From the NCBI GenBank assembly GCA_963817785.1, contig CAWFPL010000008.1, positions 172,113-236,112 on the forward strand: a stretch of 64,000 bases of DNA. Direction: 5' to 3'. Origin of the DNA: an uncultured Pseudomonadota bacterium (GTDB taxonomy: Bacteria > Pseudomonadota > Gammaproteobacteria > Burkholderiales > SG8-39). Under the pieces are notes generated by a model. It was given only the letters and a program-made list of their open reading frames with translations, ran no database searches and was not told the origin of the DNA. Positions 28,645 to 37,933 of the stretch are shown piece by piece. Within the stretch, counting starts at the first letter, position 1. Each line of letters begins with the position of its first letter. The position numbers and the translations under genes were made by a program.

Positions 28645-30198
28645 TCAGTGGTAGTACTCGGGGCCGCGCACGTTCTCGTGCAGCGGCAGGGTCTTCTGGG
28701 CGGGGGCCTCGGCGCTGGCGCTCTGTCGATCCAGGCCGGCGGCCAGGATCGAGGCGACGCTGCGGTAGGTGGGCGAGCCGATCGCCAGTGCTCGCGCGCA
28801 GGCGGCTTCCAGCCGTTCGGGGCCGAGCTGGCGCACCAGGCGCTTGAGGCCCAGGCACGCACGGTAGCCCTGCTCAGGATGCGGGCGGTGCTCCAGCTGC
28901 CAGCGCACGAGCGCCGCGCACTGCGCGCCGATGCGCTCGCCCCAGGCAATGAGCTTGGCCGGGGTCCACTCCAGGTGCGCGCGGTGCGAGGCCGGCATGT
29001 GCTCGGGCAGCGTCGTGTGCCTGCCCTGCAGGCGGCTATAGACGTGGCAGGCCACGCGGCTCTGGCCGAGGAACGCCTCGACCGTGGTGTCGGTCACGCG
29101 CACCTCGAGCTGGGCGTGCACCAGCCGATGCGGCACGCTGTAGAAGTGCCGATCGACCTCGAAGTGGTAGTCGATGTTCACGCGTGCGCGCACGAAGCGC
29201 GCGATCACCATGCGCGTGGCCGGCAGCGGCTTGAGCGCCGCACGATCCAGCGCCTCGAAGGCGCTTCGCCGAGTCCCGGGCAGCTTCTTGAAGGGCCGCG
29301 CGTTCAACTGCACGAGCAGCTCGGCGATCGCCGCGTTCGCCTCGGCCAGGCTGAACAGGCGCCGGTGGCGCAGGCGCGCGAGGATCCAGCGCTCGACCAC
29401 TTGCACGCCCACCTCGACCTTGGGCTTGTCGCGGGGATGCGCGGGCCGCGCCGGAAGCACGACCGTCGCGTAGTGGGCGCAGAACTCCTCGACCAGCCGG
29501 CTCGAGGTCGGCTCGTAGCGGTCGGGGTGCGCAATGAGCGCGCGCGTCTGGTCGGGCACGATCAGCCGCGTCACGCCGCCGATGAACTCCAGCGCCGCAA
29601 TCAGTGCCCCGATCCAGTCGGCCGCCGTCTGCGTGGCGGTGGCACACGCGTAGGTGAAGTTCGACGCCCCCAGCACCGCGACGAACACCTGCGCGGGCCG
29701 GATCTCGCCGGTGTCGGCGTCGATGATCGGAAGCGTCTGGCCAGCGTAGTCGACGAACAACCGCTCGCCGGCGGGGTGGGTCTGGCGCATCGAGCGCTTC
29801 AGGCGCGCCGCCCAGGCGCGATACTTCACGCAGAAGCTCGTGTACTTGTAGGCCGATTCGCCCGCCTGGGCGTGCGCGCGCTGGTACTCCTCCCAGAGCA
29901 GCTGCAGCGTCACCCCGGGGCGCTTGAGCTCCTGGTGGATGAGGGCGTAGTCGGGCTCGAGCTGGTGGCTGGAGCGCGCGACCGGCGCTCGGTAGAGCCG
30001 GTGCTCGAGCTCCTCGTCCGAGAGCGTCTGGGCCAGCGCCCAGTCCACGCCAGCGGCGCGCGCGAGCAGCACGATCTTGCCCACCGTGGCCTTGGCCATC
30101 GGGATGGCGCGGGCCACTTGGGCGTAGCTCAGGCCTGCTTCGAGGTGCAGGCGAAGGGTCTGTCGAATCTGGCGCATCGTGATCCTGGGTGTGGGCAT
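28645..30198 (-). CDS. istA: IS21 transposase
   Basis: GERLFVDYAG, IVPD, PRDKPKVE, FYSVP motifs. Confidence 0.93.
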   Translation of the reverse strand: MPTPRITMRQIRQTLRLHLEAGLSYAQVARAIPMAKATVGKIVLLARAAGVDWALAQTLSDEELEHRLYRAPVARSSHQLEPDYALIHQELKRPGVTLQLLWEEYQRAHAQAGESAYKYTSFCVKYRAWAARLKRSMRQTHPAGERLFVDYAGQTLPIIDADTGEIRPAQVFVAVLGASNFTYACATATQTAADWIGALIAALEFIGGVTRLIVPDQTRALIAHPDRYEPTSSRLVEEFCAHYATVVLPARPAHPRDKPKVEVGVQVVERWILARLRHRRLFSLAEANAAIAELLVQLNARPFKKLPGTRRSAFEALDRAALKPLPATRMVIARFVRARVNIDYHFEVDRHFYSVPHRLVHAQLEVRVTDTTVEAFLGQSRVACHVYSRLQGRHTTLPEHMPASHRAHLEWTPAKLIAWGERIGAQCAALVRWQLEHRPHPEQGYRACLGLKRLVRQLGPERLEAACARALAIGSPTYRSVASILAAGLDRQSASAEAPAQKTLPLHENVRGPEYYH

Positions 30199-30258
30199 GA
30201 CCGTCCGAAAAAATCGGCCAGCATGCCTGACAGTCAGGTCACTCGCGCGCCCCGCGAT

Positions 30259-30370
30259 CGTCCACGATCAGCTTGAAACGCCGTCCACGATCAGTCTGAA
30301 ACGGCGTCTACGATCAGCCTGAATTGCCGTCTACGATCCTCTGAAATGACCGTCTACGATGGGCTGAAAT
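30259..30370. repeat. Five ~23-bp tandem IS21 subterminal repeats
   Basis: CGTC(C/T)ACGAT....TGAA repeated five times. Confidence 0.8.
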
Positions 30371-31135
30371 ACGCACCGAGGCGCTCCATCGGCGGTTTCT
30401 CGCATGGGCCGCGGGGATTGGGTTCGCCCCCGTCAGGCCGGAAACGCTTTCGCGGGTGGACTTCTGTTTCGATTACCACCTCCCCGTGGTGGACTTCGAC
30501 GAGGACGCATTCGTGAGCCTCGCGACGAAAGATAGTCAACATCGTGCAAACGGCGCGGTTCAGACCTTCACTTTCGGCCGGGACGAGGTGGTGCTGCGCG
30601 TCTATGACAAGGTGGCCGAGATCTTTGAGCAAAGCGAGAAGGTCTGGCTCTTCGACCTGTGGGGTGAGGACCGCGACGTCTGGCGCATCGAATGGCAGGT
30701 TCGCAAGAACGCTCTGCGCCGCTTCGGCATTCGCACCTATGCCGAGCTGAACGCCCAGGCGGGGGAGCTGCTGCGCTACCTTGCGACCGAGCATGACACG
30801 CTGCGCAAGAGGACACGGGACCGCAACCGCTCGCGCTGGCTGCTGCATCCGCTGTGGCGCGATCTTCACGCGCAAATCGAGCGATTCAATGCCGAAGGGA
30901 TCGTTCGGGTCATCGATCCGATGCGCCAAATCGAGGAGCGCATCGCCCGCATCGGCCTCGCCTTGAACGGATACCTCAAGCAGCTTGCGGCGCTGCGCTG
31001 CGTGCAGCGAAGGCAGGACAGCATGCCCCATGACAAGGTCCTCACCGAGCTGCAACGGTTGCTGTGCAGGGTGCATGACGAGTTCACCTGGCGGCTCGAT
31101 GTGACAAAGCGCATCAAGTTCGTACGGCTTGGCCA

Positions 31136-31324
31136 ATGATTGATCTCGATACGCTCCTCGGTCTCATCAAACCGCGGATGAAGCGCATTCTGGAATTCGG
31201 CGAGCTGGCGCTTGCGCCCGGCCAGTTCGCAGCGTTTCGTAAGCTTGTCCTGGACGAGTTCGGGCGCAGCGGCTTGGAGTCGGAGCTGGAACGGGTGTTT
31301 CGCGAAGAGCACAAGGATAGGTAG
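31136..31324 (+). CDS. Small hypothetical protein (copy B; shorter than A by a 1-nt indel)
   Basis: Homolog of 17178-17405. Confidence 0.65.
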   Translation: MIDLDTLLGLIKPRMKRILEFGELALAPGQFAAFRKLVLDEFGRSGLESELERVFREEHKDR

Positions 31325-31368
31325 GGCACGGGCAGGCCCACACCGCAAAGAAAGGAGGTTGACCATGC

Positions 31369-31572
31369 GTGCCCATTACGGATTCCGATAGACTTGCCAT
31401 TGAGTATCGGGAAGGTTTCGATGAATCGAAGGCTTCGGCGGCGGAACTGGTCTTGATTAACTCCGTGCTGCCGGAACTCCTCGCCGAGCTGCGGATTGGC
31501 GGGGAAACACTGGAAAGGAAAGGACATGGCCGTCGCGCTGTACGCTCGGGTATCGACGACAAAGCAGGCTGA
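31369..31572 (+). CDS. Small hypothetical protein overlapping integrase start (copy B)
   Basis: Homolog of 16968-17171. Confidence 0.65.
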   Translation: MPITDSDRLAIEYREGFDESKASAAELVLINSVLPELLAELRIGGETLERKGHGRRAVRSGIDDKAG

Positions 31573-33160
31573 AAAGGATCTCTCGATCCCCGACCAGCTC
31601 CGCCAGATGCGGGACTGGTGCAAGGGCCAGGGCCTTGCGGTCGCCGTGGAATACGTGGAGCTTGGGGCTTCGGCCACCGACGACCGGCGGCCGGTGTTCC
31701 AGCAGATGATTGCGGAGGCGACGCTAGAGCCGTCTCCCTACGAGGCGATCATCGTTCATAGCCGCTCGCGGTTCTTCCGGGATCTGTTTCAATTCCTCAG
31801 CTACGAACGCACGCTCAAGCGCGCTGGGGTAAAGGTCATCTCGATCACGCAGCAAACGAGCGACGACCCGGCGGGTGAGATGGCCCGCACGATCTTTAGC
31901 CTGTTCGATGAGTACCAGAGCAAGGAGAACGGCAAGCACACGCTGCGGGCGATGAAGGAGAACGCCCGGCAAGGCTATTTCAACGGCTCTCGGCCGCCCT
32001 TTGGTTACAAGGCGGTCGAGACCGAAGCCACGGGCAGGAAGGGCAAGAAGAAGCGCTTGGAGATCGATCCCGCCGAGGCGGGAATCGTGCGCAAGGTGTT
32101 CGATCTGTACCTGGACGGCCACAAGGGCGCGCCGCTCGGGGAGAAGGGCATCGCGGCGATTCTCAATGACCAGGGCGTGAGCCTGCGGGCTCAGAAGTGG
32201 ACGCGCGGCAAGGTGCATAACCTGCTTGCCAATAGCGCCTACTGCGGCGAGTACGTCTTCAACCGCACGAGCAACAAGACGGGCGAGGTGAAGGCCGAAA
32301 CGGAATGGGTCCGGGTGGCCGTCGAGCCGATCATCGACGCAGACACCTACAGGCGGGCGCAGGCGCTGCGTGCGGCGCGCGCCCCGGCCGAGGTGCCGCC
32401 TCGGGTGGTGAACTCGCCCACGCTGCTAACGGGCCTTCTCAAGTGCGGGCATTGCGGGGCCGGGATGACGCTTGCCACGGGCAAAGGCGGGCGGTATCGC
32501 TACTACAAGTGCCAGACGCGCATTGCGAAGGGCAACACGCGCTGCCCGAGCGGCAACATCCCGATGGAGAAGCTCGACGAGCTGGTGCTCAAGGCCCTGG
32601 CCGAAAAGGTGTTCACGCCGCAGCGGCTGAAGTCCATGATCGCCGGGGCGCGCGAGCGCATGCGCCGTGCGCACACGGACCAGGATGCGCGGGTCAAGGT
32701 GCTGAGCAAGGAGCTGAACGAGCTGAAGGCGCGTAGCGACCGGCTCTTTGAGGCCGTGGAGTCGGGGCACCTTCCCCTGGATGCGACGCTTCAGGAACGC
32801 GCGCACAAGCTCCAGGCGAGGCGCCAGGCGCTGCTCCTTGACATCGCCGGGCTCAAGCGTCAGGCGGAAACCCCGTTAAGCGCGCTCAAAGCGAGCCAAG
32901 TGGAGACCTTCGGGCGCGCTCTCAAATCGAGGCTCGGCGCGAACCGTCCCTTTGCCAAGCAATACCTGCGGCTGCTGGTGTCCGAAATCCGAGTCGCGGA
33001 CCGGCAGCTTGAGATGCGCGGAAGCTATGCAGCGCTCGCGCACGCCGTGGCGGCGGGTCAACCGGGCACCCGCGAGGGCGTGCCCAGTTTTGCATCCAGT
33101 TGGCTCCACAACCATTGCAAATCTGGACATGGGCGGGTGGTGAGAATCGACTTGAGCTAA
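31526..33160 (+). CDS. Large serine recombinase (integrase), copy B
   Basis: Same motifs as copy A; diverges after SSWL at the att core. Confidence 0.95.
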   Translation: MAVALYARVSTTKQAEKDLSIPDQLRQMRDWCKGQGLAVAVEYVELGASATDDRRPVFQQMIAEATLEPSPYEAIIVHSRSRFFRDLFQFLSYERTLKRAGVKVISITQQTSDDPAGEMARTIFSLFDEYQSKENGKHTLRAMKENARQGYFNGSRPPFGYKAVETEATGRKGKKKRLEIDPAEAGIVRKVFDLYLDGHKGAPLGEKGIAAILNDQGVSLRAQKWTRGKVHNLLANSAYCGEYVFNRTSNKTGEVKAETEWVRVAVEPIIDADTYRRAQALRAARAPAEVPPRVVNSPTLLTGLLKCGHCGAGMTLATGKGGRYRYYKCQTRIAKGNTRCPSGNIPMEKLDELVLKALAEKVFTPQRLKSMIAGARERMRRAHTDQDARVKVLSKELNELKARSDRLFEAVESGHLPLDATLQERAHKLQARRQALLLDIAGLKRQAETPLSALKASQVETFGRALKSRLGANRPFAKQYLRLLVSEIRVADRQLEMRGSYAALAHAVAAGQPGTREGVPSFASSWLHNHCKSGHGRVVRIDLS

Positions 33161-33372
33161 TAGTTCGCATCACTGGCGCACGATCCTTTTACGTGCGCCG
33201 GCGTGAATGTGCGGGGTCGTTGTCAATCTGCGATATCCGCTTCTAGGCGAAGCGCATATATCCGTGCTTCGAGGTCGCGGTCCTTGGCTCGTACCGTGGC
33301 AAGTCTATTCAGGAGGGCATGCTCAGCCACTATTTCGATGACGGTTGTTCGCGGCTCGTCGCCAAGGTGCCA

Positions 33373-33995
33373 GTTAAATGACCCCCGGCAAAGCCGGGGG
33401 CTTATCAATTGAGCGCCTCAAAGGCGCTGGTAAACCATGAGCCGCCCAAGGCGGCTACACGCCTAGTTTCATTTGGTCGTAGCGTTCGTCCTCGTCCTCC
33501 TGGTTGCGGATGTACGCCCTGACCATCGCTTCATCAAGTCCGACCGTTGATACGAAATATCCGCGGGCCCAAAACACCTCACCCGTGAAATTCCGCGCCC
33601 GCCCGCCGAAGTGCCTCGCTATCGCTATCGCACTCTTGCCCTTGATGTAACCCACCACGTTCGACACCGCATACTTCGGCGGAATACTCAGGCACATGTG
33701 CACGTGGTCCCCCATCAGGTGCCCTTCCAGAACTTGCGACTCCTTCTGCTTCGCCAACTCGCGCAATATCTCCCCGAGATGCCGTCGCAGTGCCTCGAAT
33801 ATCTTCTTCTTCCGCGTCTTCGGAATGAACACCACGTGATACTTACAGTCCCATCGCGTGTGGCTCAGACTCTGGTACTCTTTCATCGTGAATCTCCATC
33901 TCTTGGTCGAGACGACAGATTCACAATGACCGTCGTATAGGTCAAACCTTGGTGAGTCCCCCGGCAAAGCCGGGGGCTTACCTCACTGAGTTAAA
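33373..33995 (-). mobile_element. IS200/IS605-family element (tnpA only)
   Basis: Subterminal hairpins CCCCCGGCAAAGCCGGGGG near 33382 and 33958; TTAA at both boundaries (approximate). Confidence 0.8.
33455..33886 (-). CDS. tnpA: IS200 Y1 HUH transposase
   Basis: CKYHVVFIPK, DHVHM, IKGKS, FWARGYFVSTVG, YIRNQ. Confidence 0.93.
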   Translation of the reverse strand: MKEYQSLSHTRWDCKYHVVFIPKTRKKKIFEALRRHLGEILRELAKQKESQVLEGHLMGDHVHMCLSIPPKYAVSNVVGYIKGKSAIAIARHFGGRARNFTGEVFWARGYFVSTVGLDEAMVRAYIRNQEDEDERYDQMKLGV

Positions 33996-34073
33996 GGCCG
34001 CAGCGGCCAGCGCATTTCAGGACTTCAGTCCTTCGGAAAGACGCACATGAGGTTGAAAGCATAAGAAGGATGC

Positions 34074-34883
34074 TCAATCATTTGCCCGGAAGCTACTCTT
34101 CGTCCCTCGCGCTGTCTTGCGCTCAAAGAACGTGGCCAACGCCTGCTTGTGGTCTTCCGTGGTGGAGACTAGGGCACGCAGCGCCGCGTTGATCGCGATG
34201 CCCGCCTTCACATCGCGCCCCTCGGCCTGGTTCACCGCCATTTTGCCCAACATGAGCGCGGGCAGACTGCGGCCGGCAATACTGCGCGCCATGCTTCCCA
34301 CGACAAGTTCGAGATTATCGTGCGGCACGACAAGGTCCACTAGGCCAATGCGTTCCGCCTCGTGCGCATCGATCGTCTCGCCAGTGAAAATCATCTTGAG
34401 AGTGCGGCTCTTGCCGATGATGCGCGGCAGCAAATATGTTGCTCCTGATCCCGGATAGACAGCGAGGTCCACTTCCGTGAGCGCAAAAGTAGACCGGTCG
34501 GAAGCTATGCGTATGTCGCACGCAGCTGCAAGCTCGCATCCTCCTGCCAGCGCAAAGCCGTTGATCATGGCGATGACTGGCTTCTCGAAGTCCTCCATGG
34601 GGCCATAAAGGAAGCGGCCGCTTTCCCGCAGCTCCCAATCCTCGATAGCGGTTGTTTGCAGGCGTTGAAATTCCTTGAGATCCCGGCCTGTGCAGAAGCT
34701 ACGTCCGCGACCCGTGATCACGACGACCTTGATCTCACGATCGCGACGCGCCGCCTCGAAGGCACTGATCAGTTCGGCGGTGAGCTCTACGTTAATTGCA
34801 TTCAGCACGTACGGGCGATTCAGCGTGAGGGTGCACACGCCAGCTTCCACGTGATACAGAAGATGTTTGTACTCGATAGTCAT
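34074..34883 (-). CDS. Enoyl-CoA hydratase/isomerase
   Basis: LTLNRP..LNA, FCTGRDL, KPVIAMINGFALAGGCEL. Confidence 0.9.
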   Translation of the reverse strand: MTIEYKHLLYHVEAGVCTLTLNRPYVLNAINVELTAELISAFEAARRDREIKVVVITGRGRSFCTGRDLKEFQRLQTTAIEDWELRESGRFLYGPMEDFEKPVIAMINGFALAGGCELAAACDIRIASDRSTFALTEVDLAVYPGSGATYLLPRIIGKSRTLKMIFTGETIDAHEAERIGLVDLVVPHDNLELVVGSMARSIAGRSLPALMLGKMAVNQAEGRDVKAGIAINAALRALVSTTEDHKQALATFFERKTARGTKSSFRAND

Positions 34884-35244
34884 CGAAGCTCCTCGTTCAT
34901 GGATCGCATAGAGCGCTGCGCAAGTGGCTTCAGGGCGTTACGCGGCGCGTCACCCAAGGGTGGTAGTGAGCCGTCCTTGAATTCGGCTGACAATGCGGCA
35001 AAGAGAAAAGCGAATCGCGTGAATTGACCACGGCCTAGAAACTGAGGACTTCTGTCGCAAGCAGCTTGGAGACGGATTTCCCAGTTCCCTGAACAAAGCT
35101 CCGCACCGCATATTCCATTGATGCGCTCGCAGACGGCGAGATGCTCCGGCGGTCTGGCGCTTCCCCGCCGCGTCGCGGCCACCGAGCACATCGGCGCATT
35201 TGCGCCTCGGCGTAATGTCTTCGGCTTCGCGTTTCTAGCGCATT

Positions 35245-35466
35245 TCACACCTCGAGGATCGCGACGATCTGGCCCTCGGAAACGGAATCGCCTTCTTTGA
35301 CCAAGAGCTCCTTCAGCGTTCCATTCGCCTCGGCTATGACGGGTATCTCCATCTTCATTGACTCCAGGATCATGATCGTGTCGTCCTCGGCGACGGACTG
35401 CCCCGGGTGCTTGAGGACTTTCCAGAGCGAGCCCGTGATCTCGGAGCGGATTTCCTTTATTGCCAT
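35245..35466 (-). CDS. Biotin carboxyl carrier protein
   Basis: ILESMKMEIPV biotinylation motif. Confidence 0.88.
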   Translation of the reverse strand: MAIKEIRSEITGSLWKVLKHPGQSVAEDDTIMILESMKMEIPVIAEANGTLKELLVKEGDSVSEGQIVAILEV

Positions 35467-35488
35467 GGAATTCTCTCTTGGATGGTGA

Positions 35489-35785
35489 TCAGACAATTCC
35501 GCGCGTTCGCAACGCCTCGATGTCCGCCTTGGCGAGTAGCCTGAAGAAGCAATCGCGGCCTTTCACGGCATTCAGATCCAGGGCGAACGTGTTCGTCCCG
35601 CGATTGGGAGGTTTTCGGATCGCAGGCCGCACGTGGTCCCCGAGCCTCGGATCCTTGATCTCGATCACATGCGCGCCTGGGTCTGCGAGGTCCTGTGCGC
35701 AGGGCGGCCCAGCAGTCGCGACAGGTCGAGCACGTGTACGCCGCAGCGCGGCGGCGAGCGCTTCGCCTCGGATAGGTGCCCCATC
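35489..35785 (-). pseudogene. CaiB/BaiF CoA transferase remnant with internal deletion
   Basis: QDLADPGAHVIEIKDPRLGD...NRG...LDL...LLAKAD joined to C-terminal IEALRTRGIV. Confidence 0.55.
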
Positions 35786-35796
35786 TTCACGCAGCT

Positions 35797-36528
35797 CTAG
35801 ATGATGAATGTCTGGAACCGCTTGAGCGTGCGAACTGCGCTGCGGATGTTCTCGCGCCGCAGCCGCTCGGCCTTTTCCGCATCACCGGCGCGCATAGCCA
35901 TGACGAACGCCCGGTGCTCCGCAAGGCCCTGGGCCGCTCGGCCTGGAAGGATCTGGACGCGCCGCATAATCACGCGCGTTTTCTCAAGGATGCTGTCGAG
36001 CATCCCTGCGAGCACGGGATTATCGGCGGTATCGATGATCTGCAGCCGCAGTCGGACATAGGTCTGAAAATACCCCTCGATGTCACCCTTCTCCAGAAGC
36101 TTTTCCATAGGACCGCCCTCCCGAAGTTTGTCGACCCATTCCTGCCATATCTCCGGGGGGGCCTTTTGGGTAGCAAGCCGCACGCACATGCCCTCAAGCG
36201 CCTCGCGCGCGTCGTAGATCTCGAACACCTGCGCGAGGTCGAGGCGGACAACCTCCGCGCCATGGTTTGGGATGCGCCGAATGAGCCCGCGAAACTCGAG
36301 TTCCTTGAGCACCTCTCGCATGCGTGTCCTCGAGACCCCGTATTCCTTGGCGAGTGCCGCCTCCCGGAGCTTCGCACCAGGGGGGATCGAGTGGCTTGAG
36401 ATGCGATCACGTAGGGCTTGCACCGTGTCCGCTTCCGGACCGTTGAGCTTTTGCGGTCGCGATTTCTTCGTCGTTGCGGTTCGCATGGCGGAACCGACAC
36501 GGCGGCCTTGCTGCGCTGCGATTGCCAT
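35797..36528 (-). CDS. GntR-family (FCD) regulator
   Basis: PGAKLREAALAKEYGVSRTRMRE; AAGGAGG RBS. Confidence 0.9.
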   Translation of the reverse strand: MAIAAQQGRRVGSAMRTATTKKSRPQKLNGPEADTVQALRDRISSHSIPPGAKLREAALAKEYGVSRTRMREVLKELEFRGLIRRIPNHGAEVVRLDLAQVFEIYDAREALEGMCVRLATQKAPPEIWQEWVDKLREGGPMEKLLEKGDIEGYFQTYVRLRLQIIDTADNPVLAGMLDSILEKTRVIMRRVQILPGRAAQGLAEHRAFVMAMRAGDAEKAERLRRENIRSAVRTLKRFQTFII

Positions 36529-36688
36529 TGCCGCCTCCTTTGCGGAGTATTTTGTCTTGCGAGCGTGACGCAAAAGCGTCGTTACTATAGTCGAACAAAA
36601 TGTTGACATATTTTCCGACAGAGGTGTAGCGTTCTCCGTGGGCTGCGTCGCCTCTGGTCTCGGCGCACCGTGGATGTGAGGAGGAGAA

Positions 36689-37933
36689 ATGACCCGAGGC
36701 ATGGCCGGTCCGCTTACCGGTATTCGTGTGCTCGAGCTGGGCTCGAGCGTTGCCGGGCCTTTTTGCGGGCGTCTGCTCGCGGATTTCGGCGCCGACGTGA
36801 TCAAAGTCGAGGTCGCTGAGGGCGACGCAGTACGCAGCATGGGCAAGCGGCTGGGGGGCAAATCCCTCTACGCTGCCAGCATCTTTCGCAATAAGCGGCT
36901 AGTAAGTATCGATCTTAGAGCACCGCGTGGGCGCAAGCTCGCATCCGCCTTAGCCGCCAAGTGCGATGTCATCGTGGAGAACTTCCGCCCAGGGACTATG
37001 GAGCGACTTGGGCTAGGTTACGAAGCGCTCAGTGCGAAGAATCCCGGTTTGGTCATGGTGCGCATAAGTGGTTTCGGGCAAACGGGACCCTATGCCCAGC
37101 GTGCCGGCTACGGCGCAATTGGCGAGGCGCTAAGCGGTCTGAGGCATCTAACTGGCGATCCCGATCGCACCCCCGCACGCATCTCTGCCTCGGTCACAGA
37201 CGAGGTGACCGCCATCTACGGGGCACTGGGCGCAGTGATGGCGCTCTATTCGCGGACGCACACCGGTCGAGGCCAAGTCGTCGATGCCTGCCTTTACGAG
37301 TCGGCCTTCAGCCTCATCGAGCCACACGTGCCCGCCTTCGACAAGCTTGGCATCGTTGCCAATCGCACGGGCTCGCGGCTGCCCGACTCGGCGCCGAATA
37401 ATACTTATGTGACGCGCGACCGCCGCTACCTGCACATCACTGCGATGGGCGACGCGGTGTTCGCCCGCTTGGCGGGCGCCATTGGTCGGCCCGAGCTCGC
37501 GACGGACCCGGATTATGCGACGCAGCTAGCCCGCTCCGCGAACGAAGAGCACCTAGACAAGATTATAGGCGCCTGGGCCGTAGCACGTTCGCTTGACGTG
37601 GTGATGGAAGCTCTGAACGCCGCCGGGATTCCCGCAGCGCCCATATACACCGTCGAGGACATCTTCAAGGACGAGCACTTCAAGGCACGCGAAATGCTAG
37701 TGCGCGCGCCCGATGAGGATTTTGGGACCGTGGCGCTGACCGGCGTGGTGCCCAAGCTCTCTGTCACGCCCGGGCAGATCGTCCATGCCGGCCATGATGT
37801 CGGCGAGGATACCGTGGACGTGCTGACGGAGGTACTCGGCCTCACGCCGGACGAGATTGAGCGGCTCGAACGTGAGTATGTGATCGCCACCGCACCTGTG
37901 GAAAACGACCGCATGGTGGAGAACGCCGCATGA
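36689..37933 (+). CDS. CaiB/BaiF family III CoA transferase
   Basis: LTGIRVLEL..AGPFC..LADFGADVIKVE, RNKR, ENFRPG. Confidence 0.92.
   Translation: MTRGMAGPLTGIRVLELGSSVAGPFCGRLLADFGADVIKVEVAEGDAVRSMGKRLGGKSLYAASIFRNKRLVSIDLRAPRGRKLASALAAKCDVIVENFRPGTMERLGLGYEALSAKNPGLVMVRISGFGQTGPYAQRAGYGAIGEALSGLRHLTGDPDRTPARISASVTDEVTAIYGALGAVMALYSRTHTGRGQVVDACLYESAFSLIEPHVPAFDKLGIVANRTGSRLPDSAPNNTYVTRDRRYLHITAMGDAVFARLAGAIGRPELATDPDYATQLARSANEEHLDKIIGAWAVARSLDVVMEALNAAGIPAAPIYTVEDIFKDEHFKAREMLVRAPDEDFGTVALTGVVPKLSVTPGQIVHAGHDVGEDTVDVLTEVLGLTPDEIERLEREYVIATAPVENDRMVENAA

Larger units (their letters stand above)
27593..30375 (-). mobile_element. IS21-family insertion sequence
   Basis: TG...CA ends (TGCG.ATTTCAGC), duplication CCGAGG, subterminal repeats, istA-istB. 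Confidence 0.92.
27154..31139 (+). pseudogene. Rep_trans-like initiator (copy B) interrupted by IS21
   Basis: 5' part ends WREPAE at 27592; resumes at 30376 with ALHRRF...SRVDFCFD. Confidence 0.85.
23643..33109 (+). mobile_element. Small integrative element copy B (inverted relative to A; IS21 in rep)
   Basis: Direct repeat TGGCTCC at 23643 and 33101; backbone 25055-33107 homologous to 15433-20694. Confidence 0.8.

Noticed and set aside
30259-30370. Regular ~23-bp repeats as a CRISPR array
   Set aside because: Tandem, no unique spacers, no cas genes; normal IS21 subterminal repeats mirrored at the other end
15431-33109. Inverted duplication as assembly artefact or prophage
   Set aside because: Copies differ throughout, with distinct att arms and cargo; no recognisable virion or Zot genes
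33373-33995. IS200/IS605 element as a TnpB/IscB RNA-guided system
   Set aside because: Only tnpA fits between the two terminal hairpins; no tnpB
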